From Candidatus Poribacteria bacterium (GTDB lineage: Bacteria > Poribacteria > WGA-4E > GCA-2687025), in contig OY762492.1 of assembly GCA_963665845.2 (NCBI GenBank), positions 2,720,001 to 2,784,000 of the forward strand: a stretch of DNA of 64,000 nt. The letters run 5' to 3'. Below, in pieces: positions 30,086-40,213 of the stretch. Every line of letters starts with the position of its first letter. Within the stretch, counting starts at the first letter, position 1. The translations under genes and the position numbers were made by a program. Below the pieces are notes generated by a model. It made no database searches. It saw nothing but the letters and a program-made list of their open reading frames with translations, and had not been told where the DNA came from.

Positions 30086-31040
30086 AGCCCGCTGCCCGCA
30101 GTTTCGCCTCCGCCGCGCGCCAAACCCGCTCTGCCGTAAGCAGCTGCAGGCAGGCGTTGTTGCGGCAATGGTTGCGAAACTGCTTGCAGGGGCTGCATGC
30201 GATTGGTTCCCACAGGTTCGTATGCCTGTCGTTCAAGAGGCGGAACCGATCCCTGTTTCCAGGTCCGAAGAGCGCGATGGTCGGCGTTTGGACGGCGGCG
30301 GACAGGTGCATCGGTCCTGAATCGCATGTGATAAACAGGTCGCACTGCCGGATGACAGCGGCAAGCGTTCCAAGCGGCAGGTTTAGATATGCCCGCGCGC
30401 GCCCGTTCGTCAGCGCGGCGATGCGTTCGGTTCGCGCCCGTTCGTTCGTTCCGCCGACGACAATCGCGCCGCCGCCGAGCCTGTCCATGACGCGGTTGGC
30501 GATTTCGGCAAACCTGTCCGGCATCCACATGCGCATCTCCCAGCTGGCGCCGGGAAAAAAGCCTGTCAGCGGACGCGCGGCGCCTTCCAAGAGACGGCGC
30601 GCCTCCCGCTCCTGTTTTTCTGTTGTAAAAAATTCCATGTCGTCTTCTTCGCTCTCAACGCCGAGAGGAGCCAAAGCGTTCAGCGCTTCATGGGACGCAT
30701 GCGTCGTCTGCTCATGCGTTCGATCCCGCATGAGGCGGCGCGGTATGCCTGCCGCCCGCGCCAGCAAAACGGTCTTCCGCTTCCCATGCAGGTCGACCGA
30801 CAGATCAAACCGCTCCGCTCGAATCTGCTTCAAGGCGTTCATCGTTCCCTTCGCCCCTTTTTCAAGCGGGATGACCGCGTCCACGCGCGGGTTGTGCGCA
30901 TAAAGCGGCGCGTATCGGGCGTAGGTTAAAAAAACGATGCGCGCGTCCGGGAAGGCGCGCCGCGCGGCGCGCGCAGCGGGGGAGGTCAAAAGAACATCCC
31001 CCAGCGAACTGAGGCGCATGAAAAGAATGCGCTCCGCCAT
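30075..31040 (-). CDS. Glycosyltransferase family 9 (LPS heptosyltransferase-like)
   Basis: RLSSLGDVLL, VDLH, DSGPMHLSAA, ALFGP. Confidence 0.9.
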   Translation of the reverse strand: MAERILFMRLSSLGDVLLTSPAARAARRAFPDARIVFLTYARYAPLYAHNPRVDAVIPLEKGAKGTMNALKQIRAERFDLSVDLHGKRKTVLLARAAGIPRRLMRDRTHEQTTHASHEALNALAPLGVESEEDDMEFFTTEKQEREARRLLEGAARPLTGFFPGASWEMRMWMPDRFAEIANRVMDRLGGGAIVVGGTNERARTERIAALTNGRARAYLNLPLGTLAAVIRQCDLFITCDSGPMHLSAAVQTPTIALFGPGNRDRFRLLNDRHTNLWEPIACSPCKQFRNHCRNNACLQLLTAERVWRAAEAKLRAAGFTP

Positions 31041-31702
31041 CAGAACTGAAACGAAAGAACGGCGGACTCGCGCCTCAACACAACCCGCGCGGTCCACATA
31101 CCTAAAAGCGCGCCCCCAAGCGTGTCGCTCGGATAATGCCGCCCCAGATAGACGCGGGAAAACCCGACCCCCGCCGCCAGCCCGTAAAAAAGCGGCTTCC
31201 ATTGCGGATAAACATGCGACATCGCCGCCGCCGCCGCAAAAGCGTTTGTCGTATGTCCAGACGGCATGGAGCGCCTGTCTTCAGGGTTCAGGGGGCGCGG
31301 CCGCCCGATGATCCGTTTGAACGCCTCCGAGGCGAGTCCCGCCGCGGCGTAGCTTGTCAACACAAGCCGCCCGGCGCGCCGCCCTTTAGGCGTCCCCCAT
31401 TCCGCCGCCGCCAGCGATCCTACCAGCAGAACGCGCCCGTCCCCCAGCTCATTCACGACCGACACCGCCCCGTCCAGCAGCGGCGCGCGCATCCCTTCAT
31501 GGACGGCGATGAACATGCGCCTGTCGAGCGAGGGCGCCTCTGGGTTCATGTCGCGCAGAATGAGCGCGCGCGTCCCAAAACCGACGCCGAGCAGCGTTCC
31601 CGCAAAGAGAGCCTTCTCTTCGTTTTTGGAAAGCGCGTTTGCCGTCGGCGCGGCGCATGCCAGCGCCATTAAGACGGCAAACGCGCGCAAAGCCGCTCTC
31701 AT
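31040..31702 (-). CDS. PAP2-family phosphatase
   Basis: K..IGRPRP, SMPSGH, SRVYLGRHYPSD. Confidence 0.9.
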   Translation of the reverse strand: MRAALRAFAVLMALACAAPTANALSKNEEKALFAGTLLGVGFGTRALILRDMNPEAPSLDRRMFIAVHEGMRAPLLDGAVSVVNELGDGRVLLVGSLAAAEWGTPKGRRAGRLVLTSYAAAGLASEAFKRIIGRPRPLNPEDRRSMPSGHTTNAFAAAAAMSHVYPQWKPLFYGLAAGVGFSRVYLGRHYPSDTLGGALLGMWTARVVLRRESAVLSFQF

Positions 31703-31707
31703 GCGGT

Positions 31708-34700
31708 CTATTTCAGTATCAGCAGCCTGCGCAGGGGCGTTCGCCGGCTGCCGGCGGCAATCTCCACAAAGTAAAGCCCGCTCGCCGCGATTTCGCCGAG
31801 GTCGTTTTTGCCGTCCCAGCGCGCCGCCCGGCTCTTCGTTTTATAAACGCCCGCCGGCAGCCGCCCCAGATCCAGCGTCCGCGCCAGCTGTCCGCGCGAG
31901 TCGTAGATGCGGACGCTCAACTCGCTCTCCGCGCCCAGCGCAAACGGTATCCATGCCTCTGGGTTGGACGGGTTCGGGAAAATCGGGAAGCTCTCCAGCG
32001 CCTTCACCTTCCCCCATTGCGTCAGCAGGTCCTGATCGCCCGCCGGTTTCACCTCAACGATCTCGCTCATGGAGCTGCGGTTCATGGTGCCGAGGTTTTC
32101 CAGCCTGTAGTAGTACGTTTTTTGAGCCTCCGCCGTCTCGTCCGTCGTTTGATACGCGATCGGATCGTCGGAGTAGGGTCGGTAGGAGGCGCGCATCTTG
32201 TCGGGAACGGGCGCGAACGGTCCGTCCGGCGATTCTGAACGCAGGATCCGCCATCCGATATTGCCGCGCTCCTGCGTCGATGTCCACTCTATGATCAGAT
32301 CGCCGGCGAGCGTCCATTTCGCCCGCAGATCTTCGATGGCGCTGGGAGGCGGCATTTGAAACGGCGCGATGCCGCTTCGCCTCGAATCGCCGAGGCCGGT
32401 TGTCCAGTCGGCGCGGTGTATCGTGTACGGCGTGTCCCAAACAAAGAGCCGCCCCCCGATCTCAGGGAAGTTGATCGGATCGTCCGGGTCCGCCTCTTCG
32501 CGGAATGTGCCGGCAATCAGCTCGGCGGTTCCGTCGCCGTCCAGATCGGCAAGCGTCGGGCTTCCGAAAACGCCGACCGGCAGCGCGGCGAAGTCGAAGA
32601 TGGAGCCGTCTGCCTCGATGAAATAGACGACGCTGCCGTAGTTCCGTCCGTAATTTCCGACCGCGATGATTTCAGACGCGCCGTCGCCGTCCAGATCGGC
32701 AAGAAGCGGCGTCGACTGTCCATAGGAGGAGAGCGGTATCGGAAACGGCTCCATTTCGGTTCCGTCGGCGTTCCATACATAAAGGTAGCTGTCCCTGTCC
32801 ATCGCGGCAATTTCAGATTGTCCGTCTCCGTCGATGTCGCCGACGCTGACGGGGGAGTTGATGTTGTTGATAATCGGCGCGGGAAATCCGCTTTCGATAT
32901 TTGAAACCGCGCTGACTGCCGAAATTCCGCTAAAGGTTCCGTTGCTGAGAAAGGCGAAGAGAAGCGACATGTCCTTGTCGTCCAGCATGGCGAGCATGGG
33001 CGCCGCCTGCGAATTTGGGCCGGTTTCATATTCCAACGGGTATCCGTTGCGCAGCTCAAGGTTTTCATCCCAGCTCAAGACGGGACCGCCGTATGAGGTC
33101 TGGTAGATTTCAATTTTGCCGTCTAGGTTGATGTCGCCGGCAATCGGCGCTGTGTACACATTCACATCGCCCATCTCAATCGGGAAGCCTTGAATCATGT
33201 CTCCGTCCGCTTCAAAAGCGTACACGCCGGGCGCCTCGTCGGAGGCGGAAACAAGGATTTCCAGACCTGGATCCTCGTCAATGCTGGCGAGGGTCGGGTT
33301 GGATAGAATGACGCTGGCCGTTTCGGCGGGGAAGCCTGGTCGGAGAACTCCGTTGGACGACCAGACATAAACCCTCCGATCCGCAGTCGCAACAATTTCC
33401 ATCGTTCCGTCTCGATCCAGATCGCCGACCGCGACGGAGCCGATAATCGGCGCGCCGACCGTCTGCGGCCAACCCGGCAGCATCTCGCCGTTCGCATCGA
33501 ATCCGTAGACATTTCGGTCGTATCCGCCGACAAAGATTTCGAGCCTGCCGTCTCCGTCAATATCGACCGCGGCGGGCGATGTGATGATGTCGTCTTCAGT
33601 TTCAAACGGAAACCCTTCGCGCACAACAAGGCTGCTTTGAGGCATATTGGGCGTTGGACGCGGACGCGCAAGAACAGGGTCGGAATAGGAGCCGATCAAT
33701 CCGTCAAGGAGTATCGGAGCGACCGCAAAATAGTAGTCAACCCCGTTTTCCATCCCTTCAAGTATGATCCAGTTGTTTGGAGTCGCGAGGGGGTTCTCCA
33801 GATTTTCAGGGTCATTTCCCCATAGAATGCTGTACCCCGCCGTTCCTTCGATGGTGTCCCAGTTCAGCTCAACGCCCCCGTTCAGATTCGTCACCTCAAT
33901 GTCTCGTATCGGTCCTGCAACGGCTTCGCCTTCGACCAGGGTGATCGCCTGGGAGGGGGGGCTTGCTTGTCCGGCGCTGTTGACGGCGCGCACCCGATAG
34001 ACGCGCGCGTTGTCGTCCAGATCGGAGATCGGATACGGCGGCGCCGAAGCGTCCCCAACCGTCTCGCCGTCCGCCTCAATGCGGTAGGTCAATCCGCTCT
34101 CTTCGTTCGGCGTCCATGTCAGCGAAGCGGAGCTGCCGTCCACCTCCGCGGCGACGCCGGTCGGCGGACGCGGCACGTCTAGAAACTGGTAGGCGTCAAT
34201 GAGTCCATTGCCGTATTCAGGCGTCCATGCGGCGTCCCTTCCGGCGCCGCGCGCCCGTTCGAGAGCCTCCACCTGGGTTGTCCTCGGACTTTTTTGAAGC
34301 AGCATGGCGGCAAGTCCGCTCACATGCGCCGCGGCAAGGCTGGTTCCCGCGTTGATCGAGTTGCGTCCATCCGCCGTCTGCCGAAAGGGATGGAGTCGGT
34401 CAACTGCATGCTGCGAAAAAGGAGAGACGATGATTCTTCCCGGCGCCATGATGTCCGGCTTTTCTCCGCCGTCGGTTCGCGGCCCGATGCTGGAAAAGCC
34501 GGAGCGCGTTCCAAAATCCTCCGGAAACGAGGTGATCACATAAAAACCTTCCAGCGTCTGCCAGATGTTGCGGGTGGAGACGGAGCCGACCGCGATGATC
34601 TCATCAGCGTCGGCAGGCGCGGCGACCATGTAATTGCCGTCAGGGACAACCGACTGCGGATCGTTCGGAACATGGACGAATCTTGAGCGTATGGCGTATA

Positions 34701-36075
34701 GATGCATGACGCCGTCGCCCTGCAGCTCAATCACATACGGATTTTGGCTGATGTGAATGCCAAGGTTTCCGAATTGACGGTATGAGACGATCATGCGGTT
34801 GAGGTCCGAGTACAACGGGCTTGGGGCATCGTGACTGAAGTTGATCAGCAGGTTTTCTACAGGACCTTCAGGAACCCAGAAAATTTTATCGTCCCCTGGC
34901 TCCGCCAGCTCAAACCCGAAGGAATCATGCCCGCCGTCGTCGGTCGGGAAAAGCGCCTGGGCGGAGATGCTGCTGCTGGAGGGCGACCATCCTTCCACAA
35001 AGAAACTGTTCGAGCCGAAATACGGCTGCACATAAACACGTTTCGGCGGATCGCCGGCTTTCAGTTCGATGTACGCATGGGCGTTGTCGTCGCCGCCGTT
35101 GCCTGCCGCTGCGACCATGACTCGCCCAGGGCGCGCGCGCGCGAGCGTCTGGAGCGCTTCTTGCAGGGGACCGCGCCCGTCGAGAGGCACGAGGCCTCTG
35201 TATCCGAAACTGATATTGAGAACGCAAGGCATGTTGAGCTGCTGCGCTTTCCCCATGATGAAGTTGGCGGCGTCCAGAACGTCAGCGGTGAAATAGCTGG
35301 TTCGTACGGCGATGATGCCCGCCTTCGGAGCGACGCCGACATAACGCGGCGAGGAATTCCCCTCGGGCGTCTCTCCGTCGTCAACGCGCCCGTTGCCCGC
35401 GGCGGCGCCGGCGAGGGCGGTGCCATGCCCAGAACGGTCGATCAGATCGGCAACCCCGGCGTTGATGTCCGCCTGCGTCCACTCGGTGCCGTAGGTGAAC
35501 CCTTCGGGGATGCGCTCCGCCCGCGTGTTGATCTGATCCCATGCGGCAAGGACGCGCGTGGCGCCCGTTTCCGTTTTGAAACCTGGATGGTAAAGGTCAA
35601 GCCCTGTGTCGATAAATCCGATGACCGCATTCTCGCCGGTGATAGCGGGGTCGGCGAGATGAAGCTGGTCGGCGCCGATGGCGGGTACGCTGATGTCCAG
35701 CGACGGCGCCATCGGTTCCACTTTCCGCGGCCCTTCAAGATAAAGCAGCTCCGGGGCGGACGCCAGCGCGGAAAGACGATGCGGCTCTATCTCAAGCGTC
35801 GCAATGCTGCCGATGATCGAGTTGATGCGGACGCCGTACCGCTGGAGCGAACGCGGGTCGCCCGCCGTTTTCACAATCACAGGCATCCGCCCGTTCCGCG
35901 TCATACCTTTTAAAAGCTGCGCGCGGTCAAGGCGCGAATCGCGCTCCGCATGCAGAAGCGTATGCAGCATCGGATCGATTTTGCGCCGTTCGTCGATGGT
36001 CAGCGAAGCCGCGGCGGCGGTAAAGGCGAATACGCATAAGGTTGCAGTCAACAAAGCAGTCGATCGTGTTCGCAT
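31708..36075 (-). CDS. Secreted S8 subtilase with FN3-like, FG-GAP/VCBS repeats and FlgD/T9SS-like C-terminal domain
   Basis: Signal peptide; catalytic triad IDTG, GHGT, GTSLAA; DxDGDGxxEI repeats; FPNPSNPEAWIPF...WDGKNDLGE..ASGLYF. Confidence 0.9.
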   Translation of the reverse strand: MRTRSTALLTATLCVFAFTAAAASLTIDERRKIDPMLHTLLHAERDSRLDRAQLLKGMTRNGRMPVIVKTAGDPRSLQRYGVRINSIIGSIATLEIEPHRLSALASAPELLYLEGPRKVEPMAPSLDISVPAIGADQLHLADPAITGENAVIGFIDTGLDLYHPGFKTETGATRVLAAWDQINTRAERIPEGFTYGTEWTQADINAGVADLIDRSGHGTALAGAAAGNGRVDDGETPEGNSSPRYVGVAPKAGIIAVRTSYFTADVLDAANFIMGKAQQLNMPCVLNISFGYRGLVPLDGRGPLQEALQTLARARPGRVMVAAAGNGGDDNAHAYIELKAGDPPKRVYVQPYFGSNSFFVEGWSPSSSSISAQALFPTDDGGHDSFGFELAEPGDDKIFWVPEGPVENLLINFSHDAPSPLYSDLNRMIVSYRQFGNLGIHISQNPYVIELQGDGVMHLYAIRSRFVHVPNDPQSVVPDGNYMVAAPADADEIIAVGSVSTRNIWQTLEGFYVITSFPEDFGTRSGFSSIGPRTDGGEKPDIMAPGRIIVSPFSQHAVDRLHPFRQTADGRNSINAGTSLAAAHVSGLAAMLLQKSPRTTQVEALERARGAGRDAAWTPEYGNGLIDAYQFLDVPRPPTGVAAEVDGSSASLTWTPNEESGLTYRIEADGETVGDASAPPYPISDLDDNARVYRVRAVNSAGQASPPSQAITLVEGEAVAGPIRDIEVTNLNGGVELNWDTIEGTAGYSILWGNDPENLENPLATPNNWIILEGMENGVDYYFAVAPILLDGLIGSYSDPVLARPRPTPNMPQSSLVVREGFPFETEDDIITSPAAVDIDGDGRLEIFVGGYDRNVYGFDANGEMLPGWPQTVGAPIIGSVAVGDLDRDGTMEIVATADRRVYVWSSNGVLRPGFPAETASVILSNPTLASIDEDPGLEILVSASDEAPGVYAFEADGDMIQGFPIEMGDVNVYTAPIAGDINLDGKIEIYQTSYGGPVLSWDENLELRNGYPLEYETGPNSQAAPMLAMLDDKDMSLLFAFLSNGTFSGISAVSAVSNIESGFPAPIINNINSPVSVGDIDGDGQSEIAAMDRDSYLYVWNADGTEMEPFPIPLSSYGQSTPLLADLDGDGASEIIAVGNYGRNYGSVVYFIEADGSIFDFAALPVGVFGSPTLADLDGDGTAELIAGTFREEADPDDPINFPEIGGRLFVWDTPYTIHRADWTTGLGDSRRSGIAPFQMPPPSAIEDLRAKWTLAGDLIIEWTSTQERGNIGWRILRSESPDGPFAPVPDKMRASYRPYSDDPIAYQTTDETAEAQKTYYYRLENLGTMNRSSMSEIVEVKPAGDQDLLTQWGKVKALESFPIFPNPSNPEAWIPFALGAESELSVRIYDSRGQLARTLDLGRLPAGVYKTKSRAARWDGKNDLGEIAASGLYFVEIAAGSRRTPLRRLLILK

Positions 36076-36173
36076 GAGGTCTCTCAATCTTTTCGATGTT
36101 CAGAGCGGACGCGCTCCTACCCGTTAAAATACATCATACACGATTCTCTGTCGAATTGCGACATGAGCGGGTA

Positions 36174-36470
36174 GTACGCTCATACGGGAATATTCGCGGC
36201 GCCGCGTCCGATGCCCCCTTGAAAAGGGGGGCTAGGGGGTTTAAAGCGCGCGCCGCGTCCGATTCCCCCCTTGAAAAGGGGGGCTAGGGGGGTTTAAAGC
36301 GCGGGCGCGCCGCCTCTGGATTCCCGCTTGCGCGGGAATGACGCGACGTGCAGACGGACGTTTAGGGTGAACGCGGATGTTTTCTGCCGGGACTCTGGAT
36401 TCCCGCTTGCGCGGGAATGCATGCCCTCGCGGGCATGTCCCCGTGAAAACGGGGAAGCGGGGGACAGCCT
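36174..36470. repeat. Mosaic repeat block
   Basis: Two CCCCCTTGAAAAGGGGG(G)CTAGGGGG(G)TTTAAAGCGCG units, two REP-like palindromes, GTACGCTCATACGGG module also at 57978. Confidence 0.85.
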
Positions 36471-36536
36471 GGTTGTTGACGCCGTCTTCTCCAAAACCGG
36501 CAAGCGCCGCGCCGCGCGCGCTGTATAATAGAAACC

Positions 36537-37505
36537 ATGCGAGCAACAGAGATCGACGAGCAAACGGCGCGCGCCGCCCTCGCCTCCACGCGGGGCGTCA
36601 ACCTGCGCCTGTTCAACCGCCTCATGCGCCGTTTCGGAAGCGCGGCGGAGGTTCTGCGCGCCGACCCCGCCGACCTGCTTTACACAGACGGCGTATCCAA
36701 TCGGCTGGCGCCGCGCATTGCCGAACGCTTTCGACGGGCAGGCGCCGTCTCGGCGCGCGCCGCTTATCTTCAAAACCTCGGATTTCAACTGGTCACCGGC
36801 GCCGACCCCGCCTATCCTGACGCGCTGCGCGATACGCCGAACGCCCCCGCCATGCTCGCCGCAAGCGGACGACTGTATTTTCCGAACCGCTCGGTCGCCA
36901 TCGTCGGACAGCGGAATCCGTCCAAACGCGGGCGCGAAGCCGCCCGATTCGCCGCCGAAACCGCCCGGCAACTTGGATGGTGCGTCGTGAGCGGGCTGGC
37001 GCTCGGCATTGACACCGAGGCGCATCGAGCCGCGCTCCGCGTCGGCGCTGACGCCTCCCCCGAACCCGCCACCATCGCCGTTCTTCCGTCCGATCCGATC
37101 GCGATCTACCCGCCCCGGCGGAAGCCGTTAGCCGATAAAATCGCCGAAAAAGGGCTGCTCGTCTCCGAGCATTTATGGGGCGAACTTCAACGCTGGATGT
37201 TCGTTCAGCGCAACCGCATCATCAGCGGTCTGTGCCGCGGAACGCTCATCATCGAAGCGGGAGAGCGGGACGGCGCGCTTCACACCGCCCGTTTCGCCGC
37301 GAAGCAGCGGCGCTCCGTCGCGGTGTGGGACTGGTCAAAAGCGCCGAATCGTTCCTTCGGCACAGCCGCCCTTGAACATTCCGGCATTTCCGCCTATCAT
37401 AAAAAAACGCTGCATCGTTGGTTTACCCGCTTGGAGCAGGGAGGTCCGTATTCCGAGATGGCGCTGTTTGAAAACGAGGTTGCATTCGACATTCAGTTGC
37501 GGTAG
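36537..37505 (+). CDS. dprA: DNA-processing protein DprA
   Basis: VAIVGQR, VVSGLALGIDTEAHRAAL, LVSE, F.QRNRIISGL, IIEAG. Confidence 0.92.
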   Translation: MRATEIDEQTARAALASTRGVNLRLFNRLMRRFGSAAEVLRADPADLLYTDGVSNRLAPRIAERFRRAGAVSARAAYLQNLGFQLVTGADPAYPDALRDTPNAPAMLAASGRLYFPNRSVAIVGQRNPSKRGREAARFAAETARQLGWCVVSGLALGIDTEAHRAALRVGADASPEPATIAVLPSDPIAIYPPRRKPLADKIAEKGLLVSEHLWGELQRWMFVQRNRIISGLCRGTLIIEAGERDGALHTARFAAKQRRSVAVWDWSKAPNRSFGTAALEHSGISAYHKKTLHRWFTRLEQGGPYSEMALFENEVAFDIQLR

Positions 37506-37548
37506 GCTATGCTTGTTTACAACGCTGGGCGGAACGTGTAAAATGCGC

Positions 37549-37577
37549 TTTACACCGCCCGCCCGCTTTGGTATAGT
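37549..37577 (+). promoter_or_regulatory. Sigma70-like promoter overlapped by TGTAAA-N6-TTTACA inverted repeat
   Basis: TTTACA-N17-TATAGT with TG extension; inverted repeat 37537-37554. Confidence 0.5.
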
Positions 37578-37942
37578 GTCGGGGCGGTCGGCGCTGCGCG
37601 GCGTTGAAACGCCGCAGTTGCGTTTTGTTTTGAGTTTGTGTAAAGTAACGGCGCTGCGGTTCATAAGTTGACACGGCGCGAAAAGACAGGCAGGATATGG
37701 TTTGCGGGGCGCGGCGCCCCGCGCGGAAGATGGATAGATTTTATGAAAGTTGCTTTCTTTCAGCGTCAACGGAAGGAGGCTCATCTTTAGAATAAGGCGG
37801 CTTCGTTCGGCAGCCCGCGCGTCGGGCTTCTCGGCGAAGCGGACGCCTGTTGGATGACATCACCTGAAAGATTCGGTAGAATCGTCATGTTCAACCCATC
37901 AGTAGATGGAAACGGAAACAACCAAAGGAGTTGAGGATCATC

Positions 37943-38584
37943 ATGAACAAATCATTGCGTTGGCTCTTCCCGATTGCGGCGCCGATCTTGGCGATTTCCA
38001 TGACGGCTTTCATGGCAGCCTGCGGCGGCGACGACCCGCCCGACACCACGGCCGCCGTTCTCCAATCGCCGGCTGACGGCGCGACCTTCGCTCAAGGCGC
38101 AACGGTCACGCTCCAATTCGACAAAAATCCCGGCACGGTCACCGTCAACGGAAACGCCACGGAAGGCTCCGGCAGCCGCCGCACCTTTACGGTAACGGAG
38201 GCGACCAACAACATCCTCTGGGACAACGGAGGATCTGCGACGCTCACCTTCACGCTGACGGAGCCTGACACCACGCCGCCGTCGCTCACGTCATCCACGC
38301 CCGCCGACGGCGCCACCGGCGTGGACCCAACCGTCACCAGCACGAACGGCGTCGTGCTTGAGTTCGACGAAGCCATCTCCAAAGCGGAACTGACGCTTTC
38401 CAAGGACGGCGACGACCAGGGATGGAGAAGCTCGATTGAGGGTTCGACCGTAACGGTCGTCGCCACCGGGGGCGCCGGACTGGTGAACGAAACGACCTAC
38501 ACGGTTTCCGGCTCGGTGGAAGACGCCTCCGAAAACTCGACCGACGTGAGCATCTCCTTCACGACGAAGGCGAAAGACGACTAA
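37943..38584 (+). CDS. Ig-like domain lipoprotein
   Basis: Lipobox MAAC; DTTPPSLTSSTPADGATGV...LEFDE...YTV Big_5-like domain. Confidence 0.8.
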   Translation: MNKSLRWLFPIAAPILAISMTAFMAACGGDDPPDTTAAVLQSPADGATFAQGATVTLQFDKNPGTVTVNGNATEGSGSRRTFTVTEATNNILWDNGGSATLTFTLTEPDTTPPSLTSSTPADGATGVDPTVTSTNGVVLEFDEAISKAELTLSKDGDDQGWRSSIEGSTVTVVATGGAGLVNETTYTVSGSVEDASENSTDVSISFTTKAKDD

Positions 38585-38685
38585 GAATCGCGCGGCGTAG
38601 AGCGTCAGCTCCGCCGCCTATACAACTCAACTGCTCGGCGCGTTCATCGTCTCGGTGGACGCGCCTTTCTTCTTTAAAGAGACGC

Positions 38686-38838
38686 CCGATTCCCCCTTGA
38701 AAGGGGGCGGCATCCGATTCCCCCCTTGAAAAGCGGGCGGCGTCCGATTCCCCCCTTGAAAAGCGGGCGGCGTCCGATTCCCCCCTTGAAAAGCGGGCGG
38801 CGTCCGATTCCCCCTTGAAAAGGGGGCTAGGGGGGTTT
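38686..38838. repeat. About 30-bp tandem repeat x5 (CCGATTCCCCCCTTGAAAAGCGGGCGGCGT)
   Basis: Direct reading; ends in the poly-C/G hairpin module. Confidence 0.9.
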
Positions 38839-38867
38839 TGCGCGGCGACAGCGATGCCTTAGCGCGC

Positions 38868-40148
38868 TCAAAAGCGGTTCGCAAACCGAATGTCCAGCGC
38901 CGCAAACCGCCCCCGCGCCAGCCGCACATAGATTCCGTTCTCCAACGCAAACCCGTACCCGCCCGACAATTTCAACCCGACCCCCGAAGCGGCCGCCGCG
39001 TCCATAAAAAAGAGCGCGTAAAGGTTCAGCGGAAACCCCTCAAAAATGCGCAGCCGGTATTCGCCGTTGAATAAAAGGCCGCGGTCGGCGCGGAATTCAT
39101 GCAGCGCATACCCCAGCAGCGAACCGGAGCCGCCGAAGATGAAACGCCGCTGGACGGGAACCTCCCCAAACGCCGCCTCTCCTTTGAGCCGAAGCAGCAA
39201 TATGTCTCGGTCAAAATCGCGCCGAAGACGCGCCCCCGCCGCCGCCCGCGACACGGCAAAATCGGAACCGAGAAGAGGAAGAGCCTGCTCAAACTCAACA
39301 AAAGAAGCCCAGTCAGGATACAGATCGTAATCGTAACGCAGGCGAAAACCGACATAACGCCCCTCGTCTATCGGCGCAATCGGATATTTTCGGGAGCGCC
39401 ATCGAAAAAGGCTCCAGTCGGTCGTCTTCGGCAGGCTTAGATGCCGTTCCGCCGTGATGTTGAACCGCGCGGCGTGGATGCCGTCGTCTATCAGCATTTC
39501 CGCGCCGATGTTGGAGCCTGTGCGCTCATAAAAATCCCGAAACTCATGCCCGAACAGCAGCGCCATCGCCTCCTGCTCCATCGGGTTCGGCGCCTCTCCG
39601 CGGTCGCGCGGGTCGGCGATGCGGCGTTTCTCCGCGGTCGCGTTCAGTTCGACGCCGAGTCTCCGCAGCAGGTTGACGCGCCCGCCCCATCGGTGGAGCC
39701 AACGCTTGCTTGAGAAGCCGTATGCCGCTTCAACATAAAGCGCGCCGTACGGCTCTTCTCGATGCGACCGCCGGCGCGTCCATTCCAGCCGCGCGCCGAG
39801 ATGATAGCCATGCGCGCGGTTGAACCCGTTCGCCGGCAGCATGTCCAGCTTGTTGATCGGATATTCTTTCACGGTCACCACGGCGACGCGCCGCTCGTCC
39901 TCCTCGGTCTTGATCTCCCATTTCACCTCTTCAAACGGCAGAACCGATTCCATCACGGCGACAGCGGTCTCAAAATGGTCAGGTCCGAGGCCGATGGCGT
40001 TCCGTATCTCAAAGGCGGAGATGAGGCGGTTGCCCTCAATGCGTATTTCATCGATCGGGTTGCCCGCGTCGTCGACAAAGCGCGTTTGCGCCGACGCGCT
40101 CGTCAGCGTCAAAGCGAGCGCGGCAAACATGGCTGCCGTAAATCGCAT
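38868..40148 (-). CDS. Omp85 (BamA/TamA)-like outer-membrane protein with one POTRA domain
   Basis: Signal peptide; IDEIRIEGN POTRA; FGGSGSLLGY (YFGG..RGY-like); C-terminal Phe. Confidence 0.7.
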   Translation of the reverse strand: MRFTAAMFAALALTLTSASAQTRFVDDAGNPIDEIRIEGNRLISAFEIRNAIGLGPDHFETAVAVMESVLPFEEVKWEIKTEEDERRVAVVTVKEYPINKLDMLPANGFNRAHGYHLGARLEWTRRRSHREEPYGALYVEAAYGFSSKRWLHRWGGRVNLLRRLGVELNATAEKRRIADPRDRGEAPNPMEQEAMALLFGHEFRDFYERTGSNIGAEMLIDDGIHAARFNITAERHLSLPKTTDWSLFRWRSRKYPIAPIDEGRYVGFRLRYDYDLYPDWASFVEFEQALPLLGSDFAVSRAAAGARLRRDFDRDILLLRLKGEAAFGEVPVQRRFIFGGSGSLLGYALHEFRADRGLLFNGEYRLRIFEGFPLNLYALFFMDAAAASGVGLKLSGGYGFALENGIYVRLARGRFAALDIRFANRF

Positions 40149-40213
40149 GCAATTTCCAAAGAAGACGTTCTTATTTTGCGGTATGATATTCTAACACACG
40201 CAGGAGTTTGAAC

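Noticed and set aside
37700-37930. Known riboswitch (TPP, glycine, c-di-GMP)
   Set aside because: Conserved core motifs could not be matched by eye
38686-38838. Possible CRISPR array
   Set aside because: Head-to-tail repeats without unique spacers; no cas genes
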